Assembly (NCBI GenBank): GCA_944383385.1
Contig: CALWPI010000002.1
Coordinates: 4,171 to 68,170 of the forward strand
Reading direction: 5' to 3'
Source of the DNA: an uncultured Clostridia bacterium
GTDB lineage: Bacteria > Bacillota > Clostridia > Christensenellales > UBA1242
Length of the DNA: 64,000 bases
The position numbers and the translations under genes are program-made. Shown one piece after another: positions 17,319-25,467 of the stretch; position 1 is the stretch's first letter; the number at the start of each line of letters is the position of its first letter. The notes under the pieces were generated by a model. It ran no database searches. It saw only the letters and a list, made by a program, of their open reading frames with translations, and had not been told where the DNA came from.

Positions 17319-17888
17319 TTACAACTCCATAATATCTTTTACTTTAGCCGTTTCCATTTTTTCAATTTCAACCATATATTTGTCTAAAATATTTTGGACA
17401 GTTTTTTCAATTCCTGTGTATTCGTCTTCGCTGATTTCTCCGTCTTTTTTCATCTTTTTGAAAACGTCCAATACATCACGACGTTCATTTCTGCATGTCA
17501 CCTTGAAATTTTCTGTTATACGGCTAACATCTTTTGACAACTCACGTCTTCTATCTTCTGTAAGTGCAGGAAACACTAGTCTTATGACCCTACCGTCATC
17601 GCTTGGAGTGAGTCCTAAATTTGCTTCTTGTATTGCTTTTGTCACATTTTTCATTTGAGAGATATCCCAAAGTGATACTGTGAGCATTCTAGCATCAGCA
17701 ATACTAATTGTTGACATTTGATTGAGTGGTGTTTTTTGACCATAATAATCAACGAGCACTCTATCTAAAATTCTTGGATTTGCTCTACCTGCCTTTATTT
17801 GACCATATTCATTATTGAGTCCATCTAGAACCTTCTCCAATTTATCTTTGAAATCTTCGATATACAATTCTACTTCTTCTGAAAACAT
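17319..17888 (-). CDS. frr: Ribosome recycling factor
   Basis: 189 aa. GRANPRILDRVLVDYYGQKTPLNQ and LGLTPSDDGRVIRL are typical RRF sequences. Confidence 0.97.
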   Translation of the reverse strand: MFSEEVELYIEDFKDKLEKVLDGLNNEYGQIKAGRANPRILDRVLVDYYGQKTPLNQMSTISIADARMLTVSLWDISQMKNVTKAIQEANLGLTPSDDGRVIRLVFPALTEDRRRELSKDVSRITENFKVTCRNERRDVLDVFKKMKKDGEISEDEYTGIEKTVQNILDKYMVEIEKMETAKVKDIMEL

Positions 17889-17914
17889 ATTATTCCCCTT
17901 TTTATACTAATAAT

Positions 17915-17943
17915 ATAATACAAGAAATACACTTTTTTTGCAA
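17915..17943 (-). promoter_or_regulatory. Sigma-A-type promoter of frr-uppS-cdsA-rseP
   Basis: Minus strand: TTGCAA, 17-nt spacer, TATTAT. It lies between the tsf terminator and the frr RBS. Confidence 0.55.
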
Positions 17944-17963
17944 TCATTATATGATTTAATAAC

Positions 17964-17990
17964 AAAAAAAGTAGACTATTATGTCTACTT
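17964..17990 (-). terminator. Intrinsic terminator after tsf
   Basis: The minus strand reads AAAAGTAGAC-ATAATA-GTCTACTTTT followed by TTTG, directly after the tsf stop. Confidence 0.8.
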
Positions 17991-17995
17991 TTGAT

Positions 17996-18646
17996 TTATT
18001 TGCCTTGTGCTTGTCTTGCGACTTCTTCAACAAAATCGTCTTTTCTCTTTTCTAGACCTTCGCCCATTTCGTAACGAGTAAATCTACGAATTGACAATTT
18101 TTCACCTATTACAAGAGTATAATCATTGAGCAAATCTTGAATTGATTTGTCTGTATCTTTTACAAATGCTTGTTCGAGCAAACAATTTTCTTTGTAGAAT
18201 TTTTCTACTCTGCCTTCGACCATTCTTTCAATAATTTTTTCTGGTTTGCCTTCATTCTTTGCTTGTTCTCTCAATATTTCTTTTTCGTGTTCCAAATCAC
18301 TAGCAGGAACATCATTTCTAGACAAATACTTTGGATTTGATGCAGCAATTTGCATAGCAATGTCTTTGCATAGTGTTGTAAATTTTTCACTACGGCTTGC
18401 AAAGTCTGTTTCACAGTTGACTTCGACTAGGACACCAATCTTGCCACCCATGTGAATATATGATGCAACAGCACCTTCTGCAGCAATACGGTCAGCCTTT
18501 TTAGCAGCAGCAGCAATTCCCTTTTCACGCAACCACTCTGATGCTTTGTCCAAGTCACCATTGGACTCGGTTAATGCTTTTTTACAATCCATTATTCCTG
18601 CATTTGTTCTTTTACGTAATTTTACAATATCTTCTGTTGTAAACAT
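17996..18646 (-). CDS. tsf: Elongation factor Ts (short form)
   Basis: I chose the start at ATG 18646 ([34 protein letters not shown]). The ORF-track extension [11 protein letters not shown] overlaps the rpsB 3' end and has no RBS. Confidence 0.95.
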   Translation of the reverse strand: MFTTEDIVKLRKRTNAGIMDCKKALTESNGDLDKASEWLREKGIAAAAKKADRIAAEGAVASYIHMGGKIGVLVEVNCETDFASRSEKFTTLCKDIAMQIAASNPKYLSRNDVPASDLEHEKEILREQAKNEGKPEKIIERMVEGRVEKFYKENCLLEQAFVKDTDKSIQDLLNDYTLVIGEKLSIRRFTRYEMGEGLEKRKDDFVEEVARQAQGK

Positions 18647-18665
18647 ATGTTTATCCCCCAATGAA

Positions 18666-19469
18666 TTATTCTTTATCAGTTTCAGTTTTTTCTTCTTTTG
18701 CTTCTTCAACTACATTATCATTTTTAACAGTGTCTTCCATTTTGACTTCTTCGCCATTTTCTTCTTCGTCACCTATTGTGAGAACGATGCCTTCTTTTGC
18801 CTCAATGACAGCATTAGCCATAGCAGTAGTAATCAAACTAACAGCACGAATTGCGTCATCATTTCCTGGAATGACATAGTCAACTAATTCTGGGTCACAA
18901 TTTGTATCAAGCAATGCAACTACTGGAATATGAAGTGCATTTGCTTCTTTGACAGCAATGTGTTCCTTTTTGGTATCAACTACAAATAGGATATCTGGTA
19001 GTCTTTGCATATCTTTGATACCACCGAGATTTTTCTCCAACTTGTCTCTTTCAGCAACCAATTTTGCAACTTCTTTCTTTGGCAATAGATTGAACTCACC
19101 CAACTTTTCCATTTGGTCAATTTTGTTGAGTCTCTCGATTCTTGACCTAATTGTCTTGAAGTTTGTAAGAGTGCCACCTAACCAACGACTGTTGATATAG
19201 TACATGCCACATCTTTTTGCTTCGTTAGCGATTGCTTCTTGTGCTTGTTTCTTTGTACCGACAAACAAAACGGTTTTGCCTGCTTTGACACTGTCACGAA
19301 TAAATTCGTATGCTTTGTCAATTAGCACGACTGTGTCTTCTAGATTGATGATATGAATATCGTTTCTAGAAGTAAAAATGTATTTGGACATTTTAGGATT
19401 CCATTTTCTAGTTTGATGACCGAAATGTACACCTGCTTCCAAAAGTTGTTTCATAGAAATTACAGACAT
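18666..19469 (-). CDS. rpsB: 30S ribosomal protein S2
   Basis: 267 aa. [19 protein letters not shown] is the S2 signature. There is an acidic C-terminal tail. Confidence 0.98.
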   Translation of the reverse strand: MSVISMKQLLEAGVHFGHQTRKWNPKMSKYIFTSRNDIHIINLEDTVVLIDKAYEFIRDSVKAGKTVLFVGTKKQAQEAIANEAKRCGMYYINSRWLGGTLTNFKTIRSRIERLNKIDQMEKLGEFNLLPKKEVAKLVAERDKLEKNLGGIKDMQRLPDILFVVDTKKEHIAVKEANALHIPVVALLDTNCDPELVDYVIPGNDDAIRAVSLITTAMANAVIEAKEGIVLTIGDEEENGEEVKMEDTVKNDNVVEEAKEEKTETDKE

Positions 19470-19582
19470 TTTATTTCCTCCCTTTGTTTTTTATCCTCCC
19501 CAATATCTTTAATGCTCTTCTACCCCACCATATAGGCAACAGGGTGAAAATGGATATGGGTGTGTAATTTTTTGAACGATTT

Positions 19583-19611
19583 ATTCTATCATACTTGTTT
19601 ATATTTATCAA
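19583..19611 (-). promoter_or_regulatory. Sigma-A-type promoter of rpsB-tsf
   Basis: Minus strand: TTGATA, 17-nt spacer, TAGAAT, about 105 nt upstream of the rpsB ATG. Confidence 0.6.
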
Positions 19612-19642
19612 GTATATTTTACATATATTTGTCTAAATACAA

Positions 19643-19669
19643 CAAAAAAACACTCAAAATTTGAGTGTT
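19643..19669 (-). terminator. Intrinsic terminator after the DUF1292 gene
   Basis: The minus strand reads AACACTCAAA/TTTGAGTGTT (inverted repeat) followed by TTTTTTTG. Confidence 0.8.
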
Positions 19670-19679
19670 CGAAAAATAT

Positions 19680-19994
19680 CTATTTTTTTGTTTCTTCATC
19701 AAGAAGTTTTTTGAGATTATCAAAGACTTCTTGCACGACTTTTTCATCTTCTTCAAAGACTAAATATCCGTCGCCATTTATTTCAGTTATAGCAAATACC
19801 CAAACTTCATCTTCGTCGACATCTTCTGCAACTGGATGTAATACGGCATAAATATTGTCTTTGACTGGAACAATAGCAATTTGTTCAAACTCCTGTGGAT
19901 TGCCATCTTCGTTATACATAACAATATTGTCTGTATTATTTTCATCCAACAATTGTTCAATTGGATCCAATTCTTTTGTTTCTTTTTCTGCCAT
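19680..19994 (-). CDS. DUF1292 family protein
   Basis: 104 aa, acidic. NIVMYNEDGNPQEFEQIAIVPVKDNIYAVLHPV..DEVWVF matches the DUF1292 pattern. It is downstream of ruvX as in many Bacillota. Confidence 0.8.
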   Translation of the reverse strand: MAEKETKELDPIEQLLDENNTDNIVMYNEDGNPQEFEQIAIVPVKDNIYAVLHPVAEDVDEDEVWVFAITEINGDGYLVFEEDEKVVQEVFDNLKKLLDEETKK

Positions 19995-19999
19995 AATTA

Positions 20000-20434
20000 T
20001 TATCTCCTTTTATTACTATCTAAGTAATTTTGTAGAATGATGGTCGCTGCAAGTTTGTCTATCACTTTTTTTCGCTTTGACCTTGACACGTCTGCTGACA
20101 GCAAAATATCTTCGGCAGATACAGATGTCAATCTCTCATCAATATAGTCAACTTTGATATTGACCTTTTCTAAAAGTTTGTCAACAAATGCTTTTGTTGC
20201 TTGCACCCTTTCGCCTTCACTCCCATCCATATTGAGAGGTAGCCCCACAACCAACAGTTTGACATTCCTTTCAGCAATCAATTTGGCAATATGTTCAATG
20301 TCTATATCAACATTCTTTGTTCTAGTGTAGGTTTCTACACCATTTGCCACAATTCCCATAAGGTCACTAATAGCAATGCCAATACGCACTTCGCCATAAT
20401 CCAAAGCCATAGTTCTATATAGATTGTCATTCAT
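20000..20434 (-). CDS. ruvX: Holliday junction resolvase-like RuvX (YqgF)
   Basis: 144 aa. MALDYGEVRIGIAISD, LVVGLPLNMDGSEG and DERLTS are YqgF motifs. There is no Shine-Dalgarno before either candidate ATG. Confidence 0.9.
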   Translation of the reverse strand: MNDNLYRTMALDYGEVRIGIAISDLMGIVANGVETYTRTKNVDIDIEHIAKLIAERNVKLLVVGLPLNMDGSEGERVQATKAFVDKLLEKVNIKVDYIDERLTSVSAEDILLSADVSRSKRKKVIDKLAATIILQNYLDSNKRR

Positions 20435-20440
20435 ATTTTT

Positions 20441-20469
20441 ATAATATCATAACTTTTGGAAAAGGTAAA
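20441..20469 (-). promoter_or_regulatory. Extended -10 sigma-A promoter placed for a leaderless ruvX mRNA
   Basis: Minus strand: TTTACC, 17-nt spacer ending in TGA, then TATTAT, followed by AAAAAT and the ATG at 20434. Confidence 0.5.
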
Positions 20470-20470
20470 C

Positions 20471-20499
20471 AAAAAAATAGGAGTAAATGTCTCCTATTT
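20471..20499 (-). terminator. Intrinsic terminator ending the isc operon
   Basis: The minus strand reads AATAGGAG-ACATTTA-CTCCTATT followed by TTTTTT, 4 nt after the stop of the 46-aa ORF. Confidence 0.85.
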
Positions 20500-20502
20500 C
20501 TT

Positions 20503-20643
20503 CTAACTATTCAATTTTTCTAGTTGTTTTTTCACAACCTTCTTACCTTTTTCAGTCATTTTTCTTGCTGTTTCATTTGTGGTAACTAATGTAGCACCTA
20601 CAATGATACCTAGCATCATACCAATAAGTAATGTATCTTTCAT
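20503..20643 (-). CDS. Small (46 aa) membrane-anchored protein, unannotated in the ORF track
   Basis: Manual translation gives MKDTLLIGMMLGIIVGATLVTTNETARKMTEKGKKVVKKQLEKLNS. RBS AAGGGGGA lies 4-5 nt before the ATG, and a terminator follows immediately. Architecture is one TM helix plus a basic tail. Confidence 0.6.
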   Translation of the reverse strand: MKDTLLIGMMLGIIVGATLVTTNETARKMTEKGKKVVKKQLEKLNS

Positions 20644-20691
20644 AATTTCCCCCTTTGTATATTTTTTGTATTTTATGGGGAAATATGCAAC

Positions 20692-21276
20692 CTATTTCTT
20701 ATTTTTGATTTGTTCTATTCTTTTGTTTATATCCAAAATTTTGTCTAATGTTTTCTCTTGTTTTTTTACCAATTTTTGTAATCTTTTTACTAATAATTGA
20801 GATTTGTTTTCTTCGACAATTTTTGGAGTTTCTTTCACTGCTTCTGCATTATCAGTTTTGGCATTTTTTGCCAACTGTGCTTGTTTACTTGCCTTTTTTG
20901 CAAGTCTTTTTTGACGTTTTCTATAATCGTCTATTGCTGCCGTTATTGCTTCTTTTGCAAGCATTGAACAATGAATTTTTTGTGTTGGCAAGCCGCCAAG
21001 TTCGTCAATAATTTCTTGACTATCTAGTGCCAATGCATCATTTACACTCTTACCTATTATCTTGTCCATTGCAACCGAACTAGAAGCAATTGCTGCTGCG
21101 CAACCAAATGTTTTGAAACTAGCATCTTCTATAATGTCTTTGTCATTGATTTTTAGAAAAACCTTCATTATATCGCCACAAGAATCGTTATCCACTAGCC
21201 CTACTGCATTATGATTTTTGATTTCCCCAGTATGTTTAGGATGTTGAAATACACTTATTACCTTATCGTTATACAT
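20692..21276 (-). CDS. iscU: Fe-S cluster scaffold IscU/NifU-like with about 70-aa basic C-terminal extension
   Basis: Scaffold motifs SCGDIMKVFL, FKTFGCAAAIASSS and KIHCSMLA (three Cys ligands) fall in the first ~125 aa. The tail that follows is Lys/Gln-rich and looks like a coiled coil. Confidence 0.9.
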   Translation of the reverse strand: MYNDKVISVFQHPKHTGEIKNHNAVGLVDNDSCGDIMKVFLKINDKDIIEDASFKTFGCAAAIASSSVAMDKIIGKSVNDALALDSQEIIDELGGLPTQKIHCSMLAKEAITAAIDDYRKRQKRLAKKASKQAQLAKNAKTDNAEAVKETPKIVEENKSQLLVKRLQKLVKKQEKTLDKILDINKRIEQIKNKK

Positions 21277-22454
21277 TATTTCTTTCTCCTTTTCTTAGTA
21301 AGAGGACTGAGTTCTCTTAATTTGTTGACTACTTCAATCAAATTATCAACTACATAATCAATATCATCTTTGGTTATCTCTGCAGCAAAACTAAATCTTA
21401 CAGCGCCATTTATTGTTTCATTTGATAAATGCATTGCTTTTAATACATGACTCTTTGTAAGAGAACCACTTGCACAGGCAGAACCAGTTGACACAGCAAT
21501 GCCCGCCAAATCAAGCAACATCAAAATGCTCTCACCTTCTACATAGTCAAATGAAACGTTGACAATGCCGGGTGCTTTTTGATGCATATTACCATTAAAA
21601 TGAATATCTGGAATTGCATATTGCAATTTATTCATAAAATAATTAGCAATTTCATTAGTCTTTTTGAGTGTTCTTTCCCTATCTCTAACGGTAATTTCCA
21701 TTGCTTTACCAAATCCAACAATGGCAGGCACATTAGTCGTTCCTCCCCTTTTGTTGAACTCTTGTTCGCCACCAAATATTAGTTTGTTGATTGGTGTTGT
21801 GCTTCTTACATACAAAGCACCAACCCCTTTTGGCCCATGAATTTTGTGGCTTGACATCGTCATGGCATCAATGCACATTGTATCAACATCAAATTTTAAT
21901 ACTCCCATTGCTTGAACAGCATCGACATGAAAATAACATTGATATTGACGCAGTGTTTCACCAATTGCACGAACATTTTGAATTGTTCCAACCTCATTAT
22001 TTACAGCCATAATAGAAACAAGTATAGTATCTGGACGAAGTTCATGTAGCAAATCAATCAAATTGACCATACCTGTACTATCAACTGGCAAATATGTTAC
22101 TTCAAAGCCTCTTTTTTCAAGTTCTTTTGCTGATGCCAATATAGAGTGATGTTCGATTGAACTCACAATGATATGTTTACCCTTTTTCTTATTTGCCGTT
22201 GCAATACCAAACATAGCCCAGTTATTTGCTTCTGTGCCACCTGATGTAAAATATATTTCTCCTGATTTTGCTCCAATACTATTTGCAATAATATCTCTTG
22301 CGTGGTCAACTCCACGACTTGCATCACGACCAAACTTGTGCAAACTATTTGAATTGCCATATATTTCACTAAAATATGGCATCATTTCATTTAATACTTC
22401 ACCACTAACCATGGTCGTTGCAGCATCATCCAAATACACTCTTTTCTTTTCCAT
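21276..22454 (-). CDS. iscS: Cysteine desulfurase (NifS/IscS type)
   Basis: 392 aa with the PLP lysine motif SSHKIHGPKGVGALYV and the active-site loop GSACASG. Confidence 0.96.
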   Translation of the reverse strand: MEKKRVYLDDAATTMVSGEVLNEMMPYFSEIYGNSNSLHKFGRDASRGVDHARDIIANSIGAKSGEIYFTSGGTEANNWAMFGIATANKKKGKHIIVSSIEHHSILASAKELEKRGFEVTYLPVDSTGMVNLIDLLHELRPDTILVSIMAVNNEVGTIQNVRAIGETLRQYQCYFHVDAVQAMGVLKFDVDTMCIDAMTMSSHKIHGPKGVGALYVRSTTPINKLIFGGEQEFNKRGGTTNVPAIVGFGKAMEITVRDRERTLKKTNEIANYFMNKLQYAIPDIHFNGNMHQKAPGIVNVSFDYVEGESILMLLDLAGIAVSTGSACASGSLTKSHVLKAMHLSNETINGAVRFSFAAEITKDDIDYVVDNLIEVVNKLRELSPLTKKRRKK

Positions 22455-22457
22455 ACA

Positions 22458-22859
22458 CTATTTCCCCTTTGTCCTATCTATCATATCTTTTAGTGACATA
22501 TTGTCAAGAACATCATTTATTGATTGATATATATGCGTAAAAATATCCTTATGTGGACACTCTGTTTTTTTGCAACCACTCACACATTCAGTCACAAAAA
22601 TTCCGTTTTCTAATGAACGCAAAATCTGTCCAACTGATATATCTTCTGGCTTCCTAGCAAGTTTGTATCCACCATTATTTCCCCTAACAGAAACAACCAA
22701 ATCATTCTTTTTTAGGATAGCCATAAGTTTTTCTAAATAATTATCTGTTGTGCCAATATAAGAAGCAAGTGTGGTCACTGGCACATAATCATCTTTCGCA
22801 AGAGTGCCAATGTAATACATAGCACGCAATCCATATCGTCCTTTTGAGGATATTTTCAT
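22458..22859 (-). CDS. iscR: Rrf2-family transcriptional regulator (IscR-like)
   Basis: 133 aa. MKISSKGRYGLRAMYYI is an Rrf2 N-terminal winged helix, and the Cys cluster CVSGCKKTECPH is present. It is the first gene of the isc operon. Confidence 0.9.
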   Translation of the reverse strand: MKISSKGRYGLRAMYYIGTLAKDDYVPVTTLASYIGTTDNYLEKLMAILKKNDLVVSVRGNNGGYKLARKPEDISVGQILRSLENGIFVTECVSGCKKTECPHKDIFTHIYQSINDVLDNMSLKDMIDRTKGK

Positions 22860-22887
22860 TAAAATTCCTACCTTTTTAGTATGTTTT

Positions 22888-22916
22888 ATTGTACCATTAT
22901 ATCAATTTGTAGTCAA
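22888..22916 (-). promoter_or_regulatory. Sigma-A-type promoter of iscR-iscS-iscU
   Basis: Minus strand: TTGACT, 17-nt spacer, TACAAT, about 25 nt before the iscR ATG. Confidence 0.65.
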
Positions 22917-23083
22917 TATCCTATTTAGAATAAACAGTTGAAAAAATACATAAAAATTTTTTCTAAATAAAAATTCAAAAAATTTTTTGCCTTAAATTAT
23001 AACAAAAAAATCTTAATTTAGATTACAGCATAAGATAATAAAATACATATTCTATTTGTTTATCAAATAGTATTATGCAATAT

Positions 23084-23109
23084 AAAAAAATCGACTAGTT
23101 ATAGCCGAT
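23084..23109 (-). terminator. Intrinsic terminator after the thioredoxin gene
   Basis: The minus strand reads ATCGGCTA-TAAC-TAGTCGAT (8 bp including one G.U) followed by TTTTTTT, directly after the trx stop. Confidence 0.75.
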
Positions 23110-23430
23110 TTATTTATATTTTTCTAAAACATTGATTAGTTCATTTGCTGGTCTAAATCCAACAATTTTTTCTTTTTCTTTTCCACCAACAAACACAATC
23201 ATTGTAGGAATTGACATTATGCCAAATTTTCTTGCTACATCTTCATTTTCGTCAATATCAATTTTTATGATATCTGCATAAGCTGATACTTCATCTACTA
23301 CATCTTCTAGTACCTTACCTTGCATTTGACATGGCATACACCAAGTCGCAAAAAAGTCAACTAAAACAACTTTTTTATTTTCTAATACCCTTGCATTAAA
23401 CTCACTACTATTAATATGTTCTATTTTCAT
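23110..23430 (-). CDS. trxA: Thioredoxin (atypical WCMPC active site)
   Basis: 106 aa. VLVDFFATWCMPCQ shows the thioredoxin fold signature, with Met in place of the canonical Gly. Confidence 0.92.
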   Translation of the reverse strand: MKIEHINSSEFNARVLENKKVVLVDFFATWCMPCQMQGKVLEDVVDEVSAYADIIKIDIDENEDVARKFGIMSIPTMIVFVGGKEKEKIVGFRPANELINVLEKYK

Positions 23431-23467
23431 ATGCTTTTCCTCCTTTTTTATGATATGAATTTTTGAT

Positions 23468-24157
23468 TTATTTTATAATTTGATTTATTACATATGATGC
23501 AATCACACAACCACACATTGCAGGATAATATGATATGCTACCAATTATTCTGTTTGCGCTAGTGCAAGCTAATTCCTTTGTACAAACAACAGGTAATTTT
23601 TTAACTCCGGCTTCTTTCAATTTTTTTCTCATTATTCTAGCAAGTCCATCATTTTGAGTCTTGTAAATATCAAGTACTTCAAAATGCGGTATACCATATC
23701 TATTTCCTGCCCCCATTGCACTAATCAATGGAATATTATTTTGGCTGCAAATAGTGGCAAGCAAAATCTTGGATGTCACCATATCAATTGCGTCAACAAC
23801 AAAATCAAATCTTTGAGATAATATTATATCTTTTGATGTTTCATCAAATTTGCAATTAAATTTTGTTATAACACATTTTGGATTTATTTCCAAAAGTCTT
23901 TTCTCCATAACATCGACTTTTTTCTGTCCAACATTTTGTGTTGTGGCAATAATTTGTCTATTTATGTTTGTTACTGAAACACAATCAAAATCCATAATTG
24001 TGATTTTGCCAAGCCCTGCACGCACTAACATTTCGGCGACATATCCACCAACCCCACCAATGCCTATAACTGCAACATTAGAATCATTGAGTTTGTTGAC
24101 AGCATCCTTTCCTATCAACTGAATTGTGCGTTCTTGCCAATTATCTTGATTAGACAT
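23468..24157 (-). CDS. tcdA: tRNA threonylcarbamoyladenosine dehydratase (ThiF/MoeB family, TcdA-like)
   Basis: 229 aa with the Rossmann motif VAVIGIGGVGGYVAEMLVRAG, DFDCVSVTNINRQ, and a TcdA-like size. Confidence 0.8.
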   Translation of the reverse strand: MSNQDNWQERTIQLIGKDAVNKLNDSNVAVIGIGGVGGYVAEMLVRAGLGKITIMDFDCVSVTNINRQIIATTQNVGQKKVDVMEKRLLEINPKCVITKFNCKFDETSKDIILSQRFDFVVDAIDMVTSKILLATICSQNNIPLISAMGAGNRYGIPHFEVLDIYKTQNDGLARIMRKKLKEAGVKKLPVVCTKELACTSANRIIGSISYYPAMCGCVIASYVINQIIK

Positions 24158-24166
24158 TTTTTCTCC

Positions 24167-25456
24167 TTATGGCAACAATCTATTTGGACCTCTAAATAAG
24201 TATGTTGCCTCTTTTACGCTCGCAAGATTCAATAATTTTGCAATAAATCTTGCCAGTCCTATTGCGTATCCGCCATGTGAAGGACAACCATATCTAAAAA
24301 AGTCAATATAATTTGACATATTTGCTGGGTCGATGCCTTTTTCTGCTATTTGACTAGACAAAACATCTGGTCTGTGTTCTCTTTGAGCACCACTTGTTAT
24401 TTCTTGGTCTTTCCAGAGTAAATCATAACTTTTTGAATATACTGGATTGTCTTCACATTTCATACTATAAAATGCTCTTGATTCAAATGGGTATTCAGTA
24501 ATAAAAACGAACTCGCTATTGTAGGTCTTTTTGACATAATCACAAATGAGTCTTTCAGTCTCTGTGTCCATGTCTTTTTTCTTTTCTACCCCATATTCAT
24601 TGTGTAAAATTTCTTGTACTTGACTAAAAGGAATACGAGGAAAGTCAGTAGTTGGAACAACGACATCCACTCCAAAGACCTCTTTGATTTTGTTACCATA
24701 CTCGTCATTCACTCTTTTTAAGACGTATTTAATCATATCTTCTTCCATATCCATGACATCATGGTGACTTTGGATATAACTCATCTCAACGTCAAAAGCC
24801 ATAAATTCTGTTGCGTGACGTGACGTAAATGATTGTTCTGCACGATAACATGGGCCAATCTCGAATACTTTTTCAAATCCACTTGCCATAGCCATTTGTT
24901 TGTATAGTTGTGGACTTTGAGTCAAATATGCCTTTTGTCCAAAATAATCAAGAGCAAATACTTCACTGCCGCCTTCGGTAGATTGCCCGGAAATTTTTGG
25001 AGTATGAATTTCAATAAATCCATGAGATGTCGTATATTCTCTCATTGCCATTTCTGCGAGTGTTGTAATTTCAAATATAAGCCTTTTATTGTCATCTCTC
25101 AAATCAATCCAGCGATAGTCCATTTTTAGGTCCACACTGGCTTCTTTTGTGATAGGTAATGCAGCAGCGATACTTTCTACCTTGATATCAGTAGGTATCA
25201 TCTCAACACCACCCATTTTGACATATTGAGATATGTGAGCCACTCCTTGAACGGATAAGACACTATTTACAATCACACCCTCCAATTTTTTAACTAATTC
25301 TGGATATTTTTCTTTTTCAATAGTTATTTGAATTTTGCCACTAATGTCTTTTAGAACAATAAAAATCATACTCTTTTTATCTCTAAAATTTTCCACCCAA
25401 CCACTTATCAATACTTCTTTTTCTGGAATAACATTTTTAATCAATGTTCTTTTCAT
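24167..25456 (-). CDS. aspS: Aspartate--tRNA ligase, archaeal/eukaryal type (type 2)
   Basis: 429 aa. GWVENFRDKKSMIFIVLKDISGKIQIT, YRAEQSFTSRHATEFMAFDVEM and the C-terminal FRGPNRLLP resemble archaeal-type AspRS rather than the ~590-aa bacterial type. It is downstream of hisS. Confidence 0.8.
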   Translation of the reverse strand: MKRTLIKNVIPEKEVLISGWVENFRDKKSMIFIVLKDISGKIQITIEKEKYPELVKKLEGVIVNSVLSVQGVAHISQYVKMGGVEMIPTDIKVESIAAALPITKEASVDLKMDYRWIDLRDDNKRLIFEITTLAEMAMREYTTSHGFIEIHTPKISGQSTEGGSEVFALDYFGQKAYLTQSPQLYKQMAMASGFEKVFEIGPCYRAEQSFTSRHATEFMAFDVEMSYIQSHHDVMDMEEDMIKYVLKRVNDEYGNKIKEVFGVDVVVPTTDFPRIPFSQVQEILHNEYGVEKKKDMDTETERLICDYVKKTYNSEFVFITEYPFESRAFYSMKCEDNPVYSKSYDLLWKDQEITSGAQREHRPDVLSSQIAEKGIDPANMSNYIDFFRYGCPSHGGYAIGLARFIAKLLNLASVKEATYLFRGPNRLLP

Positions 25457-25467
25457 CTTTTTGTCCT

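Noticed and set aside
18647-18709. N-terminal extensions in the ORF track: tsf MKKQKKKK..., rpsP 38908-38961, smc 45186-45254, plsX 46984-47019, ylxM 40595-40660, trmFO 29939-29968, comM 34682-34720, rbgA 37128-37142.
   Set aside because: In each case an internal start is preceded by a good GGAG-type RBS and reproduces the canonical family N-terminus. The extensions overlap the upstream gene or lack an RBS.
19470-19582. The rpsB leader, with two SD-like elements (GGGGAGGA and AAGGGAGGAAA) and a CCATAT/ATATGG hairpin, as a possible S2 autoregulatory leader.
   Set aside because: Only short stems can be drawn, and I know of no established Bacillota S2-leader model to compare with. It is noted but not called.
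23052-23070. Inverted repeat CTATTTG-TTTAT-CAAATAG between the trx terminator and the iscR promoter.
   Set aside because: It is only a 7-bp AT-rich stem, about 135 bp upstream of the iscR -35. It could easily arise by chance and has no T-run or recognisable operator context.
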